Source: a virus. From it: DNA of 64,000 nucleotides. The stretch spans positions 9,566 to 73,565 of IMG/VR virus record IMGVR_UViG_3300046698_000515; one strand, written 5' to 3'. A program made the translations under genes and the position numbers. The notes below the pieces were generated by a model that ran no database searches, had not been told where the DNA came from, and saw only the letters and a program-made list of their open reading frames with translations. Within the stretch, counting starts at the first letter, position 1. Each line of letters begins with the position of its first letter. Positions 1 to 9,759 of the stretch are shown piece after piece.

Positions 1-146
1 AATGTTTCAACTATATTGAGAAATGCCCCTATAGTCATTTGGGCTGAATCTGCTTTTGAATTTAGGGAGAGATATAAAGAGTGGTTTAAGTCTGTAAATA
101 ATATTTTACTTGATTTAAAAATTATTTGAGATATCATTTATACATT

Positions 147-404
147 ATGAAAATATTCTTATTTGTTCTTGGTGTTCTCCTTATTCTAGGAGGAATCTTT
201 GTTGGCCTCTATTTAGGGATTTGGGTTATGTTTATAGGTGGAATCGTTGCTCTTATAACAGACATAAAGGCAGCAAATATTATTCCACTACATATTGCAA
301 TTGATATTGCTCGTATTGTTTGTGCATCTGCTGTTGGTGCGTTTAGTTGGATGATATGTTTTACACTTGGAATGGGCTCAATTGCAATTGCTGCGAAACC
401 TTAA
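147..404 (+). CDS. small membrane protein (2-3 TM)
   Basis: Hydrophobic ORF; ATG at 147 preferred over the track's TTG start, just after a TTGATT...TATCAT promoter-like sequence. Confidence 0.7.
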   Translation: MKIFLFVLGVLLILGGIFVGLYLGIWVMFIGGIVALITDIKAANIIPLHIAIDIARIVCASAVGAFSWMICFTLGMGSIAIAAKP

Positions 405-405
405 T

Positions 406-1143
406 ATGAAAAACGTTTTTGTTATTCCAGTTCATAGTTTTGTTGATTTAATTACAAATAGTTCTTCTGAATTATTTGTTTGTAATGGTAATAAATCTAT
501 TGAAGCAATTAAAGAAGTTCTCATACAACTTACTAAGAATCATAATGAGCTTTCTGAAGATAAAATAAATCTTGATATTTTGTTTACTTCAGTGTTTAAA
601 GAGCCGGAAATTGTAGAATATTCTTTTGATTATTATTTGTTTCCTCAAAATCTTCGAGATGAGTATGAAAAATATCATCATGTTCCAGGAGAATATAATT
701 CGTTTTTTCCATATGAAGAAAGACAAGAGTACAAAGATTTAGAGTTTGCAGAACAGCAAATGGAACTTGAAGTAAATATTCATGAAAAGGATTTATACAA
801 AACAAATAAAATAGAGTATGAACGAAGATGGAATATAGTTTTTGAGAAACGTGATGAAATCTGGAAAGAGTGGAACCGAAAAAAATGTGCTTCCGTTTTT
901 GAATTATATAAACATTTTCTTATTAGTAATAATTTACCTGAATGGAAAGAAAAAGAATTTAATTTAAACAAATTATATGCAAATAAGAAAGAGTATAATT
1001 TCTTTCGCACCTGCTTAAGTTGGGGTATTAGTTGTAAGAAAGGAGATATCTTTCTTTACTCAGCAATCTATAATACTATTCCATATGAAATGATGGAAGC
1101 TATAACAGCATATTTAAATGCTCAAAGATTACATTTAGGATAA
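406..1143 (+). CDS. ITNSS-motif protein 1
   Basis: N-terminus MKNVFVIPVHSFVDLITNSSSELFV; start 406 chosen by alignment with the two paralogs. Confidence 0.85.
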   Translation: MKNVFVIPVHSFVDLITNSSSELFVCNGNKSIEAIKEVLIQLTKNHNELSEDKINLDILFTSVFKEPEIVEYSFDYYLFPQNLRDEYEKYHHVPGEYNSFFPYEERQEYKDLEFAEQQMELEVNIHEKDLYKTNKIEYERRWNIVFEKRDEIWKEWNRKKCASVFELYKHFLISNNLPEWKEKEFNLNKLYANKKEYNFFRTCLSWGISCKKGDIFLYSAIYNTIPYEMMEAITAYLNAQRLHLG

Positions 1144-1146
1144 TTT

Positions 1147-1470
1147 ATGACAAAAAAATACATAATAAAAATACACTCGTTCGTTGATTTAATCACGAAT
1201 TCATCAACTGAAATCTATGTTGCAGCAGGTGAACATACCGTTAAAGCTGTAAAGGAGATTATTAACAATATCCTTCTAATTGGAGGTAGTAAACTTATTG
1301 CTGACGATTTGTTTGAAATTTCTCTCAGTAATAGTGATGTTGGTGAATATTCATCAGTGGAATTAAATGTTAAAGCAAAAGATCAAAAATCTCCTGATGC
1401 CCTTACAGCAGCTAAACTATTAAGTGACTTAACTGGCTTATTTTCCATTGAAGCACAATATAATGGCTAA
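1147..1470 (+). CDS. ITNSS-motif protein 2
   Basis: IHSFVDLITNSSTEIYV N-terminal motif. Confidence 0.85.
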   Translation: MTKKYIIKIHSFVDLITNSSTEIYVAAGEHTVKAVKEIINNILLIGGSKLIADDLFEISLSNSDVGEYSSVELNVKAKDQKSPDALTAAKLLSDLTGLFSIEAQYNG

Positions 1471-1473
1471 TTT

Positions 1474-1842
1474 ATGAAACAATATATTATTCCAGTCCAT
1501 TCGTTTGTTGACCTAATTACTAACTCATCAACAGAAATCTATGTTTCACCTACAAATAAAACTGTAACTACATTAAAAGAAATAATTAATGAGATTCTTA
1601 GAATAGGTGGAAGTAAACAAACTTGTGATGATTTAGTTAATATCTCTCTTGAACAAGTCTGTGATTGTGCTGAATATCTAGAAGGTGAAGATCTTGAAGA
1701 ACACAATCCAAAAACATGTGATTGTGCGAAGACAAATCTAGTTATAACTGCTAAAGGTGAAGATAAAAAAGAATATAAAAAGTTAATAACAGCACTAAGT
1801 AAACTTATCAGTACTATTGAGTATGGTGAAAAAATAAATTGA
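1474..1842 (+). CDS. ITNSS-motif protein 3
   Basis: VHSFVDLITNSSTEIYV; also CDC...CDC pairs. Confidence 0.85.
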   Translation: MKQYIIPVHSFVDLITNSSTEIYVSPTNKTVTTLKEIINEILRIGGSKQTCDDLVNISLEQVCDCAEYLEGEDLEEHNPKTCDCAKTNLVITAKGEDKKEYKKLITALSKLISTIEYGEKIN

Positions 1843-1848
1843 TATTTT

Positions 1849-2706
1849 ATGCGCACTCGTCGAGAAGAATCTGCAAATTATTCCTCTGTATTTATCAATG
1901 GCAAAACGCTTAGGTTTTGCATTGATCAAAGTAAACCAATTACAGAATTAAAATTTCCGGAATTTTACGATGTGTCGTGCGGCAATAAATGTGAGACTGG
2001 AAAATGCTGTTACTGTTATGCTAGTGGAAATCCAAAAGGAACACATTATAACAATGTTGTTGAAAAAATAAAAACATATTTTGGTAAAATGTCTCTCAAT
2101 GAGCGACCTTATCAAGTTGCAATTGGTGGTCAACAAGAGCCTATTGAACATCCAGAATTTGAAAATGTATTAAAAGCTTTTTGTGAATTAGATATTGTTC
2201 CAAATATCACTACTAATGGAGTATTAGTTGATCAATCTATAGTTGACATCATTAAGAAATACTGTGGTGGTGTTGCAGTCACCCTACATCCACATCTTGA
2301 AGAACACTGGCGAAGAGCAATAAACATGTTCGTTCAAAACAACATTCGAACCAATATTCATATAATCGTATCAAACAATGAAACAATTGAAGCATTGAAG
2401 CGGATATACGCAGAGCTTAATGATAAAATTGAGTATTATGTGTTGCTTCCGTATAAACCAGTTGGCTATGCTAAAAATAAACCGATTGCGATTGACTATG
2501 ATAAATTAGAAGAATTTTTAGATTTGAATTTTAATAATGCAAATATTGCATTAGGGGCTAACTTCTATGAATTTTTGACTAATAAGAGGAAGTGGAATGT
2601 GTCATTATACCCACCTGAAATTATGTCTAAGTATTTGGTGCTTGATGATAATTTGAGTTTGTATAATAATAGTTTTGACATGAAATTAGTGACAGGAAAT
2701 ATATGA
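1849..2706 (+). CDS. radical SAM enzyme
   Basis: FPEFYDV then CGNKCETGKCCYCYA (expanded CxxxCxxC), IGGQQEP, TTNG motifs. Confidence 0.85.
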   Translation: MRTRREESANYSSVFINGKTLRFCIDQSKPITELKFPEFYDVSCGNKCETGKCCYCYASGNPKGTHYNNVVEKIKTYFGKMSLNERPYQVAIGGQQEPIEHPEFENVLKAFCELDIVPNITTNGVLVDQSIVDIIKKYCGGVAVTLHPHLEEHWRRAINMFVQNNIRTNIHIIVSNNETIEALKRIYAELNDKIEYYVLLPYKPVGYAKNKPIAIDYDKLEEFLDLNFNNANIALGANFYEFLTNKRKWNVSLYPPEIMSKYLVLDDNLSLYNNSFDMKLVTGNI

Positions 2707-2900
2707 ATTATACACTTAATGTTTGTGATAAAAATATTAAACCAAAACCAGGTTTTGGTAACTGTATTTTATCTCTTGAATTTCAGACTATAAGTCCATT
2801 TGAAGTTAAAAGGGTATTTGATACATTTTATCCAAAACCGAGATATAATGTTGAAATGGTAAAAGTTGATATGTCAAACAGACCATTAAATGGGTGGTAA
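2703..2900 (+). CDS. hypothetical protein
   Basis: ORF overlapping the rSAM stop (ATGA coupling). Confidence 0.55.
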   Translation: MNYTLNVCDKNIKPKPGFGNCILSLEFQTISPFEVKRVFDTFYPKPRYNVEMVKVDMSNRPLNGW

Positions 2901-2902
2901 TA

Positions 2903-3180
2903 ATGTGTATTTTCTGTAAGAGGGATGTTAAGACAAGAGAACATCATATAATTCCTCGTTGTAAAGGCGGAACTAAGACTGTTCCTGCTTGTGAGAATTG
3001 TGAGAATTTTATTCACGCGACATGGAGTCACTTACAATTACGTGATACGTATAAAACGTTGAAACAATTTTAACATCTCCTGAATTTCAAAAATTCTTGA
3101 AGTGGCTCTTAAAACAAAAAGAAACAACGTATTTCAGAAGTGATAAAAGTTGCAAACGTGATAAGTACAAATATCATTAA
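2903..3180 (+). pseudogene. small HNH (YisB-like) protein with a frameshift near 3050
   Basis: MCIFCKR..EHHIIPRCKGG..CENCENFIH in one frame; VETILTSPEFQKFLKWLLKQ continues in another frame. Confidence 0.65.
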
Positions 3181-3183
3181 GTT

Positions 3184-3459
3184 ATGGCAAAAAAAGCTAA
3201 AAAAGGAAAAGAGGAATTGCAGACAACTAATTATTGGATAAGTCATACTGGAATTAAAGTTCATGGTGTAATAACTGATTTGAATGAAGCCGAACTTCCA
3301 ACCAAGAGTTGGGTAACAGATAATCTTCCATTTGTTGTTCCTATTTCAAAAATTAATTTTCTACAAAGGTGTTCCGTTTCTATTTGTACTTACCCTATTG
3401 AAATTCTTTCAACTGATTCGTTACGAAATTTTCTGCTAAAAATTCTTAATACACCATGA
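3184..3459 (+). CDS. hypothetical protein
   Basis: Tightly packed ORF in + strand operon. Confidence 0.6.
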   Translation: MAKKAKKGKEELQTTNYWISHTGIKVHGVITDLNEAELPTKSWVTDNLPFVVPISKINFLQRCSVSICTYPIEILSTDSLRNFLLKILNTP

Positions 3460-3671
3460 AAACACCACAAAATGGAGACAAGTTAAGTAGGGAAGAAGTA
3501 TTTAATTGGATTATAAAAAATCTAAATAAAGCAAATACAAATAGTGAAAATGGCTACGATGAATTATGTGATTTATTTGAAGCTAGTTTTAGTTATTCCA
3601 ATGACGTTAAAATTAGGTATTCTGGACCAAATAAAATATTTGAAGTTTATGAAAATACAAATTATAATTAA
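3456..3671 (+). CDS. hypothetical protein
   Basis: Translationally coupled ORF. Confidence 0.6.
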   Translation: MKTPQNGDKLSREEVFNWIIKNLNKANTNSENGYDELCDLFEASFSYSNDVKIRYSGPNKIFEVYENTNYN

Positions 3672-3677
3672 CACACT

Positions 3678-3986
3678 ATGAATATTGAAGAAATTAATGC
3701 ATTACTAACTAGTGAAAAACTATATTGTGGAAGACTAATTTCAGCACATAAAACTAGTCCTAAAGGCCACGTTTGTGTGTTCAACGCAAACATTATAACT
3801 GAGTCAGCAGGTAAGATTTGGTTTGGTGATTTAGATTTAACAAAAGAAGGAATTCTTCTTAAACAAATTTCAGAAGTGATTGGTGAACCATTATATGTTT
3901 TGAGAGAAATGGATGCTCGGTTTGGAACTGAAGAAAAATCCAGTTTGGAACTAATCAAAAAAGCAGTTTGGTCAACAAAGGAATAA
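3678..3986 (+). CDS. hypothetical phage protein
   Basis: VFNANI..KIWFGDLDL..LYVLREMDARF, packed ORF. Confidence 0.7.
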   Translation: MNIEEINALLTSEKLYCGRLISAHKTSPKGHVCVFNANIITESAGKIWFGDLDLTKEGILLKQISEVIGEPLYVLREMDARFGTEEKSSLELIKKAVWSTKE

Positions 3987-3987
3987 T

Positions 3988-4263
3988 ATGATAAACCAAA
4001 AAGGTGTGCCTGCATTTCCGAGAAGCGTTAGGAAATACTCTGCATTTCCGAAAAAACGTTCAGTACACCATAGATTTGATGTAGATAATTTAATACATGA
4101 TCCTCCTCAAGATGGAATGGATTTACGTGATTGGTTTGCTGGTTATGCAACTGAACAAGATACGTACCGCTGGCAAACAGAGGGATTAACTATAGCGGTA
4201 ACAAGAGAAGCTGCCAAATACCGATATGCTGATGCTATGATTGCTGAACGAGAAAGGAAATAA
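3988..4263 (+). CDS. phage protein, AFP...GMDLRDWFA...AY.YADAM type
   Basis: Recognisable small phage protein motifs. Confidence 0.7.
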   Translation: MINQKGVPAFPRSVRKYSAFPKKRSVHHRFDVDNLIHDPPQDGMDLRDWFAGYATEQDTYRWQTEGLTIAVTREAAKYRYADAMIAERERK

Positions 4264-4264
4264 T

Positions 4265-4483
4265 ATGGGTTGTAATAATTATACAATTGAATGTCCAAAA
4301 TGTAAGGCTGTAATAGAAGCAGACGTTGACATTTCTGAGCACATAGTTGATTGGGCTGAGGAGTGTGAAGAGTGTGGTTATAAATTCACTCAAGATGAAG
4401 TGTTAAAAATTTATGATGATGCTCTCACTGATTGTTTGTCAAGTATGATTGATCATGCTCATGAAATGTCTAAAGATCGTTAA
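4265..4483 (+). CDS. zinc-ribbon protein
   Basis: CPKC...CEECG; ATG at 4265. Confidence 0.65.
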   Translation: MGCNNYTIECPKCKAVIEADVDISEHIVDWAEECEECGYKFTQDEVLKIYDDALTDCLSSMIDHAHEMSKDR

Positions 4484-4494
4484 GAATAAAATTT

Positions 4495-4704
4495 ATGAAA
4501 AACATTAAAAACACCACATTAGTATTATTAACTATTATGATAGTTATTATAGGAGTAGTTGGAACGGGTTGTGAGGTAGTTGCTAATCCATATCCTCAAC
4601 CATATTATTCTAATTATTATCCATACAATTACTACCCTTATTACTACTATCCTCCTGTTTCAGTTAGGATTGATGGTGGATATCACGGCGGTTGGCGTCG
4701 CTAA
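4495..4704 (+). CDS. small lipoprotein with Tyr/Pro-rich tail
   Basis: Signal peptide ending GTG-C, then YYP repeats. Confidence 0.6.
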   Translation: MKNIKNTTLVLLTIMIVIIGVVGTGCEVVANPYPQPYYSNYYPYNYYPYYYYPPVSVRIDGGYHGGWRR

Positions 4705-5129
4705 AACAAATGCAAAATTCAAATGATCCATTACAAACAGTAGTTGAATCTTTTAAAAAGCTTGGTTGGATATCTCAAATTGAGCGTCTAGGTAGAGATG
4801 GTTTTGCAGTTAAAGATAGTGATAATAATGAAAAATTTGATGTTTATTTTTATCGTGTTGGTAAACATCTTTCTCTTGAAGGTAAAGAAATAGCTGCAGC
4901 TATACAATTTAGCGTTTATGTTGTAATGCCTTGGAGCGAACAAATCAAAAATAACGAATTCAATATTCCTATTGATGATGTACCTATTGATAGTAATTTA
5001 GATGAACACGTTCAAACAATTGTTGATCAAATAACAGCTTTTGTTCTTCCAGAACGTCCTACACCTTTAGAAGTTGAAAATTATAAATTTGACAAAAAAG
5101 CAGATCAAAAATATGATTTGTCTATATAA
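4692..5129 (+). CDS. hypothetical protein
   Basis: 145-aa ORF. Confidence 0.6.
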   Translation: MASLKQMQNSNDPLQTVVESFKKLGWISQIERLGRDGFAVKDSDNNEKFDVYFYRVGKHLSLEGKEIAAAIQFSVYVVMPWSEQIKNNEFNIPIDDVPIDSNLDEHVQTIVDQITAFVLPERPTPLEVENYKFDKKADQKYDLSI

Positions 5130-5138
5130 AAGATTATC

Positions 5139-5167
5139 TTGATCTTTATACAATTTGTAGCTATAAT
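5139..5167 (+). promoter_or_regulatory. sigma70-type early promoter (leaderless)
   Basis: TTGATC-17 nt-TATAAT; ATG 6 nt after the -10. Confidence 0.7.
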
Positions 5168-5173
5168 TCTTAT

Positions 5174-5449
5174 ATGGAAATAGCATACAAAGAAAATGAT
5201 ACGGTATATTTTGTTATCCTTATAAAAGGTAGAGCATCTTTACAAGGACAAGTATTCCGAAAGCCTTACTTTCTTGCTGTTGAAGGAAAAGTTGCATCAA
5301 TTTATAAACCCACTAAAGTTAGTATTCCATTATTATCAATACAGGTTCCAAAATGGCCATTAAGATATTTGATTGAACCTGAACATTGTTTTAAAACACA
5401 AGAAGATGCTAATAAGGTAGCAACCGAAAAAACGGCTAAATTAGGTTAA
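5174..5449 (+). CDS. hypothetical protein
   Basis: ORF directly after promoter. Confidence 0.65.
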   Translation: MEIAYKENDTVYFVILIKGRASLQGQVFRKPYFLAVEGKVASIYKPTKVSIPLLSIQVPKWPLRYLIEPEHCFKTQEDANKVATEKTAKLG

Positions 5450-5453
5450 TTTT

Positions 5454-5639
5454 ATGAATAAAGAAATAATGAAAAAAGCTGGATTTAGTGAACACGTTAA
5501 ACTAGTTGAAGAAGCGTGTTGTCCATTTTGTGGAACAAACATTATTCTTGAAGAATTTCGCGATGAAATTTCACGTAGTGAATTTAAGATTAGTGGTTTA
5601 TGCCAAAAGTGTCAAGATAAAGCATTTGGTACTTATTAG
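5454..5639 (+). CDS. small zinc-binding protein
   Basis: CPFCG...EFRDEIS..EFKISGLCQKCQD. Confidence 0.7.
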   Translation: MNKEIMKKAGFSEHVKLVEEACCPFCGTNIILEEFRDEISRSEFKISGLCQKCQDKAFGTY

Positions 5640-6061
5640 TCGTCAGCAGTAAGGTACTTTTGAGCTCCACCTAAATTACCAAGTGCAAGACGAGGATCTT
5701 CTTCATGTAAATCATCAAACTCATTAATAGGATGGTAAGTTTTACGTTTATCATCCCATTTAAAGTTGGCAGAAACAATATAAGCATCTTCTGTAGTTGT
5801 TACATCAGGATTATCAATACTGATTTGCATAGTTAAATTAGGATCATTTTCACATGCAGCTTTTACTACATTACCCATTCTACCAATAATTCTATAGACA
5901 ACATTTGTTTCGCCTGAATGAGGACCACCTTCGTAAATTTCTTTAACTTTAATAATAGTAGGAAGTACTGTAGTACCTTCTCCGTATGTTTCCGTTAATA
6001 AAATAGAGGGTTTAACATTAACATATGCTTTTGATAAACCTTTGATATCACTATTAGTCAT
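5636..6061 (-). CDS. late protein, possible head-targeted protein
   Basis: TATAAATA at 6067-6074 (-) just upstream; leader MTNSDIKGLSKAY..LLTE. Confidence 0.65.
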   Translation of the reverse strand: MTNSDIKGLSKAYVNVKPSILLTETYGEGTTVLPTIIKVKEIYEGGPHSGETNVVYRIIGRMGNVVKAACENDPNLTMQISIDNPDVTTTEDAYIVSANFKWDDKRKTYHPINEFDDLHEEDPRLALGNLGGAQKYLTADD

Positions 6062-6118
6062 GTAATTATTTATAGAAAGTAGTGGAATTTTACATGATTT
6101 AATTTATTATGTTAGTAT

Positions 6119-6358
6119 ATGACATTGAAGAAATTTATTGAGAAGTATGAATTATCCGATTTTGTTTTAATTGATAAAATTCCTATCAAACATCCTGAAA
6201 CAGGAGAAAAGATTTATATTGTTTCAAATTGGATGAGTGGATTTTGGTATAGGAAATTACCAAGCCAGAAAGAAGGACAAATGTGGCCTGTTCAATATCC
6301 TGGTGATTTGAATGACTTAGAAGTGCATAAGGATGCAAAGAAGGAATTAGAATTATGA
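6119..6358 (+). CDS. hypothetical protein
   Basis: 79-aa ORF. Confidence 0.6.
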   Translation: MTLKKFIEKYELSDFVLIDKIPIKHPETGEKIYIVSNWMSGFWYRKLPSQKEGQMWPVQYPGDLNDLEVHKDAKKELEL

Positions 6359-6458
6359 ATGAATGTAAAGATGGAATTTATCAAGTTACAACTTGTAACG
6401 AGAGTACAGATTGGGAAACTGGCGTACTAGATGATTTAAAACTTATTCCTTTTACATT

Positions 6459-6896
6459 ATGAACTTTCACTCAGGCTATATTACAAAGAATCAAAAAAAC
6501 GGAAAAACTATTTTTACTTTTGGAAGTAATTTAAGCGGAATTCATGGTAAAGGTTCTGCTTTAACAGCTAGAAAGCATTGGGGAGCTATATATGGTAGAG
6601 GTTCAGGTCATCAGGGACATTCTTATGCAATACCAACTAAAGATCAAAAATTAAAAACATTACCTTTAAAGGATATACAGTACTATGTTGAACAGTTTAT
6701 TGAACTTGCAACTACTAATCCTGATTTAAAATATCTAGTAGTAAGAATCGGTTGTATGCTTGCAGGATATAAAGATGAACAAATTGCTCCAATGTTTAAA
6801 GATGCTTCAGATAATGTTTATTTACCACCTGAATGGAAGCCTTATCTTCAACCTGAAAAAGTAGGCATAAACTTAATGTCTGATTTAATAGGTTAA
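6459..6896 (+). CDS. macro-domain-like phage protein (IFVFGSN family)
   Basis: IFTFGSNLSGIHGKGSA, SYAIPTK, RIGCMLAGY. Confidence 0.8.
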   Translation: MNFHSGYITKNQKNGKTIFTFGSNLSGIHGKGSALTARKHWGAIYGRGSGHQGHSYAIPTKDQKLKTLPLKDIQYYVEQFIELATTNPDLKYLVVRIGCMLAGYKDEQIAPMFKDASDNVYLPPEWKPYLQPEKVGINLMSDLIG

Positions 6897-7585
6897 TCAC
6901 CTATTCGAATTCGATTGTGGAATTGAGCAGGAAGTTCTTTACCTGTTTTAGCTGCTCTTAATTTTTGATCTGCAGATCCATGTAAACCTTTTTTAATTTC
7001 AGGACTTGTATGTTGCATTCTTAATAATTTTTGATCTACATGAGGGTGTGCTTCATAAGGAATACCCATAAAATCCCAATATGAAAAAAGAATTTTTTGA
7101 TGTTCAATAAATTCAAATTTATATTGTTGAATATTTTGACCTAATGATTTAAATAATTCATGCAATTGTTTTGAATAACTTTGAACTGTACTCTGAGTAT
7201 TCCAAAATGAAATTGTTTTAGAGTCAATCCACAATCTACCACTTACATCAAAAAAATCATCACGTAAAATTTCAGGTTCTATTTCAATTTGTTTTGAGTT
7301 AACAACAGACCACGGACAATTTCTAATTCTACTAAATAATATTTCTTTATTTGCCTCATAATCGCCTATTATTGTTACCCTTAATTTTTTAAGATTGTTT
7401 TTGTTTAAAGAATTTTGACGTGTTGTGAGATACAAATCATTATACATATCAACATGTCTACCAATTTTTTGCCAAAAAGACAGGCCTTTAATTATTCCTA
7501 TAGTTATAGCATGAATGCTTTTATAAACTTGCCCGTTTACTGCATCAGGAGATTCTTTAAGAAAATATTGTTTAAATGATAGCAT
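6893..7585 (-). CDS. late protein with T4 capsid-targeting-like leader
   Basis: MLSFKQYFLKE|SPD; CATAAATA just upstream; SGRLW..ISFW. Confidence 0.7.
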   Translation of the reverse strand: MLSFKQYFLKESPDAVNGQVYKSIHAITIGIIKGLSFWQKIGRHVDMYNDLYLTTRQNSLNKNNLKKLRVTIIGDYEANKEILFSRIRNCPWSVVNSKQIEIEPEILRDDFFDVSGRLWIDSKTISFWNTQSTVQSYSKQLHELFKSLGQNIQQYKFEFIEHQKILFSYWDFMGIPYEAHPHVDQKLLRMQHTSPEIKKGLHGSADQKLRAAKTGKELPAQFHNRIRIGD

Positions 7586-7613
7586 TCCTAATTATTTATG
7601 ATATATTTGATAC

Positions 7614-8069
7614 ATGAAACAATACATCTCATGGGAAGACATAGACCATTATTGTTATGAACTAGCTAAACAAATCAAGGCAAAAAGTAAAGGATATGAT
7701 GTTATTATAGGTGTTGCTCGAGGTGGACTAATACCAGCAGTAATATTATCTCATTTGCTTGATATATCTTCTGTTATGTGCATCGGAACATCCTCTTATA
7801 GTAAAAATAATATACAACAAAAATTATACAACTATCAAAATATTGCACCAGAATTACTTTTTGAAAAACGTGTTTTGATTGCGGACGACTTAGTTGACTC
7901 GGGTTTAACTTTAGATACTATCAAAAATTATTACAAAATTTTTGCAGATATTACTATAGATACAGCAGTTTTATTTAAAAAGGATTGCACAAAATTTAAA
8001 CCTGATTTTTTTGTAAAAGACGTTAAAAAAGAAACGTGGATTGTATTTCCTTATGAAAGAAAGAGATAG
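7614..8069 (+). CDS. purine phosphoribosyltransferase (Gpt-like)
   Basis: GVARGGLIPA, VLIADDLVDSGLT (PRPP loop), WIVFPYE. Confidence 0.9.
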   Translation: MKQYISWEDIDHYCYELAKQIKAKSKGYDVIIGVARGGLIPAVILSHLLDISSVMCIGTSSYSKNNIQQKLYNYQNIAPELLFEKRVLIADDLVDSGLTLDTIKNYYKIFADITIDTAVLFKKDCTKFKPDFFVKDVKKETWIVFPYERKR

Positions 8070-8157
8070 CTTTTGTTTAATGAATAAATAGTAATGAATG
8101 TAAAGTTTTGATGATTACCAAAATTTTGTTGATTACGTTAGAAAAAGTAGACTTGTA

Positions 8158-8499
8158 ATGAAAGGTATTCTAACTGATACTAATCCTCCTGAATTACTTT
8201 TTGGTAGATCTGGTGAATATCATATTGATCTTGCTAAACGAACTTTTTCAGTTGCAAATATCTCAGAAAAAGATTATTTTATACAACATCATATTGTTGC
8301 TGTTATAGTAGAAGGTTCTACTGTATATGTTTACACTCCAAATAATGTAAAATTGACATCTAATCAATTTGATTTTATGATGGAATGGTGTACTGAAAGA
8401 AATAAAATTTTATTACAAGCTTATGGTACAAAAACAAAAGAAATTTTTAAACCACATAATTATGTGGAAGAAAAATGTAAACCTGAAATTTTGGTTTAG
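8158..8499 (+). CDS. hypothetical protein (frame open upstream to about 8107; possible frameshifted start at 8094)
   Basis: AATAAATA then ATG at 8094, out of frame by one base. Confidence 0.55.
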   Translation: MKGILTDTNPPELLFGRSGEYHIDLAKRTFSVANISEKDYFIQHHIVAVIVEGSTVYVYTPNNVKLTSNQFDFMMEWCTERNKILLQAYGTKTKEIFKPHNYVEEKCKPEILV

Positions 8500-8866
8500 T
8501 CTTTTTATTATAGGACTATTCTTACCTCTTCATGCTGATATAATAAAAGATCAAGATGCAGTACGTGCAATTATAGGTGAAGCTGCTAATCAAGGATATA
8601 CTGGTATGCTTGCAGTTGCGAGTGCTATTCATAATCGTAAAACTTTAAAAGGAGTATACGGATTTAAATCTTCAATGCCTGATACTCAACCAACATATGT
8701 TTGGACAATGGCAAAAAAAGCTTGGAAAGAAGGACAAATAAACGATAAGACAAATGGTGCTACCAATTGGGTGAATGAAAAAGAGATTGGTAAGCCGTGG
8801 TGGGCAAAAGATATGATACAAACAGTTACTATTAAGGATCATGTTTTTTATCGAAAGAAGCCTTGA
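8462..8866 (+). CDS. cell wall hydrolase (SleB/Hydrolase_2-like) with N-terminal TM
   Basis: AIIGEA..QG..GMLAVA..I.NR, TNGAT, PWWA, IKDHVFY. Confidence 0.85.
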   Translation: MWKKNVNLKFWFSLFIIGLFLPLHADIIKDQDAVRAIIGEAANQGYTGMLAVASAIHNRKTLKGVYGFKSSMPDTQPTYVWTMAKKAWKEGQINDKTNGATNWVNEKEIGKPWWAKDMIQTVTIKDHVFYRKKP

Positions 8867-8923
8867 ATATTATACTAAATTATCATATAATATTCTCATA
8901 TTCAATAACACTTATTAAAAAAT

Positions 8924-9457
8924 ATGCCTAAAATATGTAAAAAAGGTGTAAAAATTGCGTGCATCATAACTGGAAAAACAACGTATTTCGCAGAAATGTT
9001 TTTAGAAAAGAAAAGAGCAAAATATGGTAGCGTTGATGAATTTGCAAAATGGTTTGTTTGTAACGAAGCAAAGCGTATGCTTCGTAAGGGAATGACTGTT
9101 GATGAAATTCGTGCAGAGTTAAAATGTGATCCAAATTTACCAAAAGTTGATATTGAAATACTATACCGTAAAAAATTACTCAAGAAAAAGAAAGACAGAG
9201 GAGGTAGCGGAAAAATTTTCTCAGAAGAAGAAAAGCAAAAACTTACAGAAGAACAAGCTAAAAAAATACTTGATTATCAAAGTGATGTTAAAGCATATGG
9301 TGCTCAAGGAGCATGGATTCGTGAACACACATATACTTCTAATGGTATTGGTGTTTGCTTAAGGCCTGATATTTATCTTAATAATGATGAAACTTGTGGA
9401 CTATGTGAGTATTATGAATTTTGTTTATGTCGTATTTGGAACCGAAGGAAAAAATAA
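8924..9457 (+). CDS. CIITGK-family protein (paralog of 9760)
   Basis: CIITGK...VC.EAK..L..G.TVDEIR shared; C-terminal Cys cluster. Confidence 0.7.
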   Translation: MPKICKKGVKIACIITGKTTYFAEMFLEKKRAKYGSVDEFAKWFVCNEAKRMLRKGMTVDEIRAELKCDPNLPKVDIEILYRKKLLKKKKDRGGSGKIFSEEEKQKLTEEQAKKILDYQSDVKAYGAQGAWIREHTYTSNGIGVCLRPDIYLNNDETCGLCEYYEFCLCRIWNRRKK

Positions 9458-9750
9458 TGAAATTACCAATGGATTTAACAGATAAAAAGTTAGATCTCAC
9501 TCAGTGTGATCCACCAGATAAGGTATTAGACATCTTAAACGAAGTGATGGTAGGCCAAAAAACCTGCAGAAAAGCGTGGCATGACATTGATGCAGTATAT
9601 GCTTTTTACAAAGCAAATGATCTCGAAGCAATTTTTTGTGTTGCCTTATTAAACGCGTTAGATACACGTCAAGTACAAAAAGTGTTAGAATGCTATATTA
9701 AATTGAGAGATGATGCACACAACACACTTGTTTCAATAGGAAGAAGATAA
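9457..9750 (+). CDS. hypothetical protein
   Basis: TAATG coupling at 9457. Confidence 0.6.
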   Translation: MKLPMDLTDKKLDLTQCDPPDKVLDILNEVMVGQKTCRKAWHDIDAVYAFYKANDLEAIFCVALLNALDTRQVQKVLECYIKLRDDAHNTLVSIGRR

Positions 9751-9759
9751 TTTAATTAC

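Noticed and set aside
1849-2706. Radical SAM as QueE or NrdG
   Set aside because: Far from queF, the RNR here is class II, and the gene is coupled to the ITNSS proteins; cannot be fully excluded without a search
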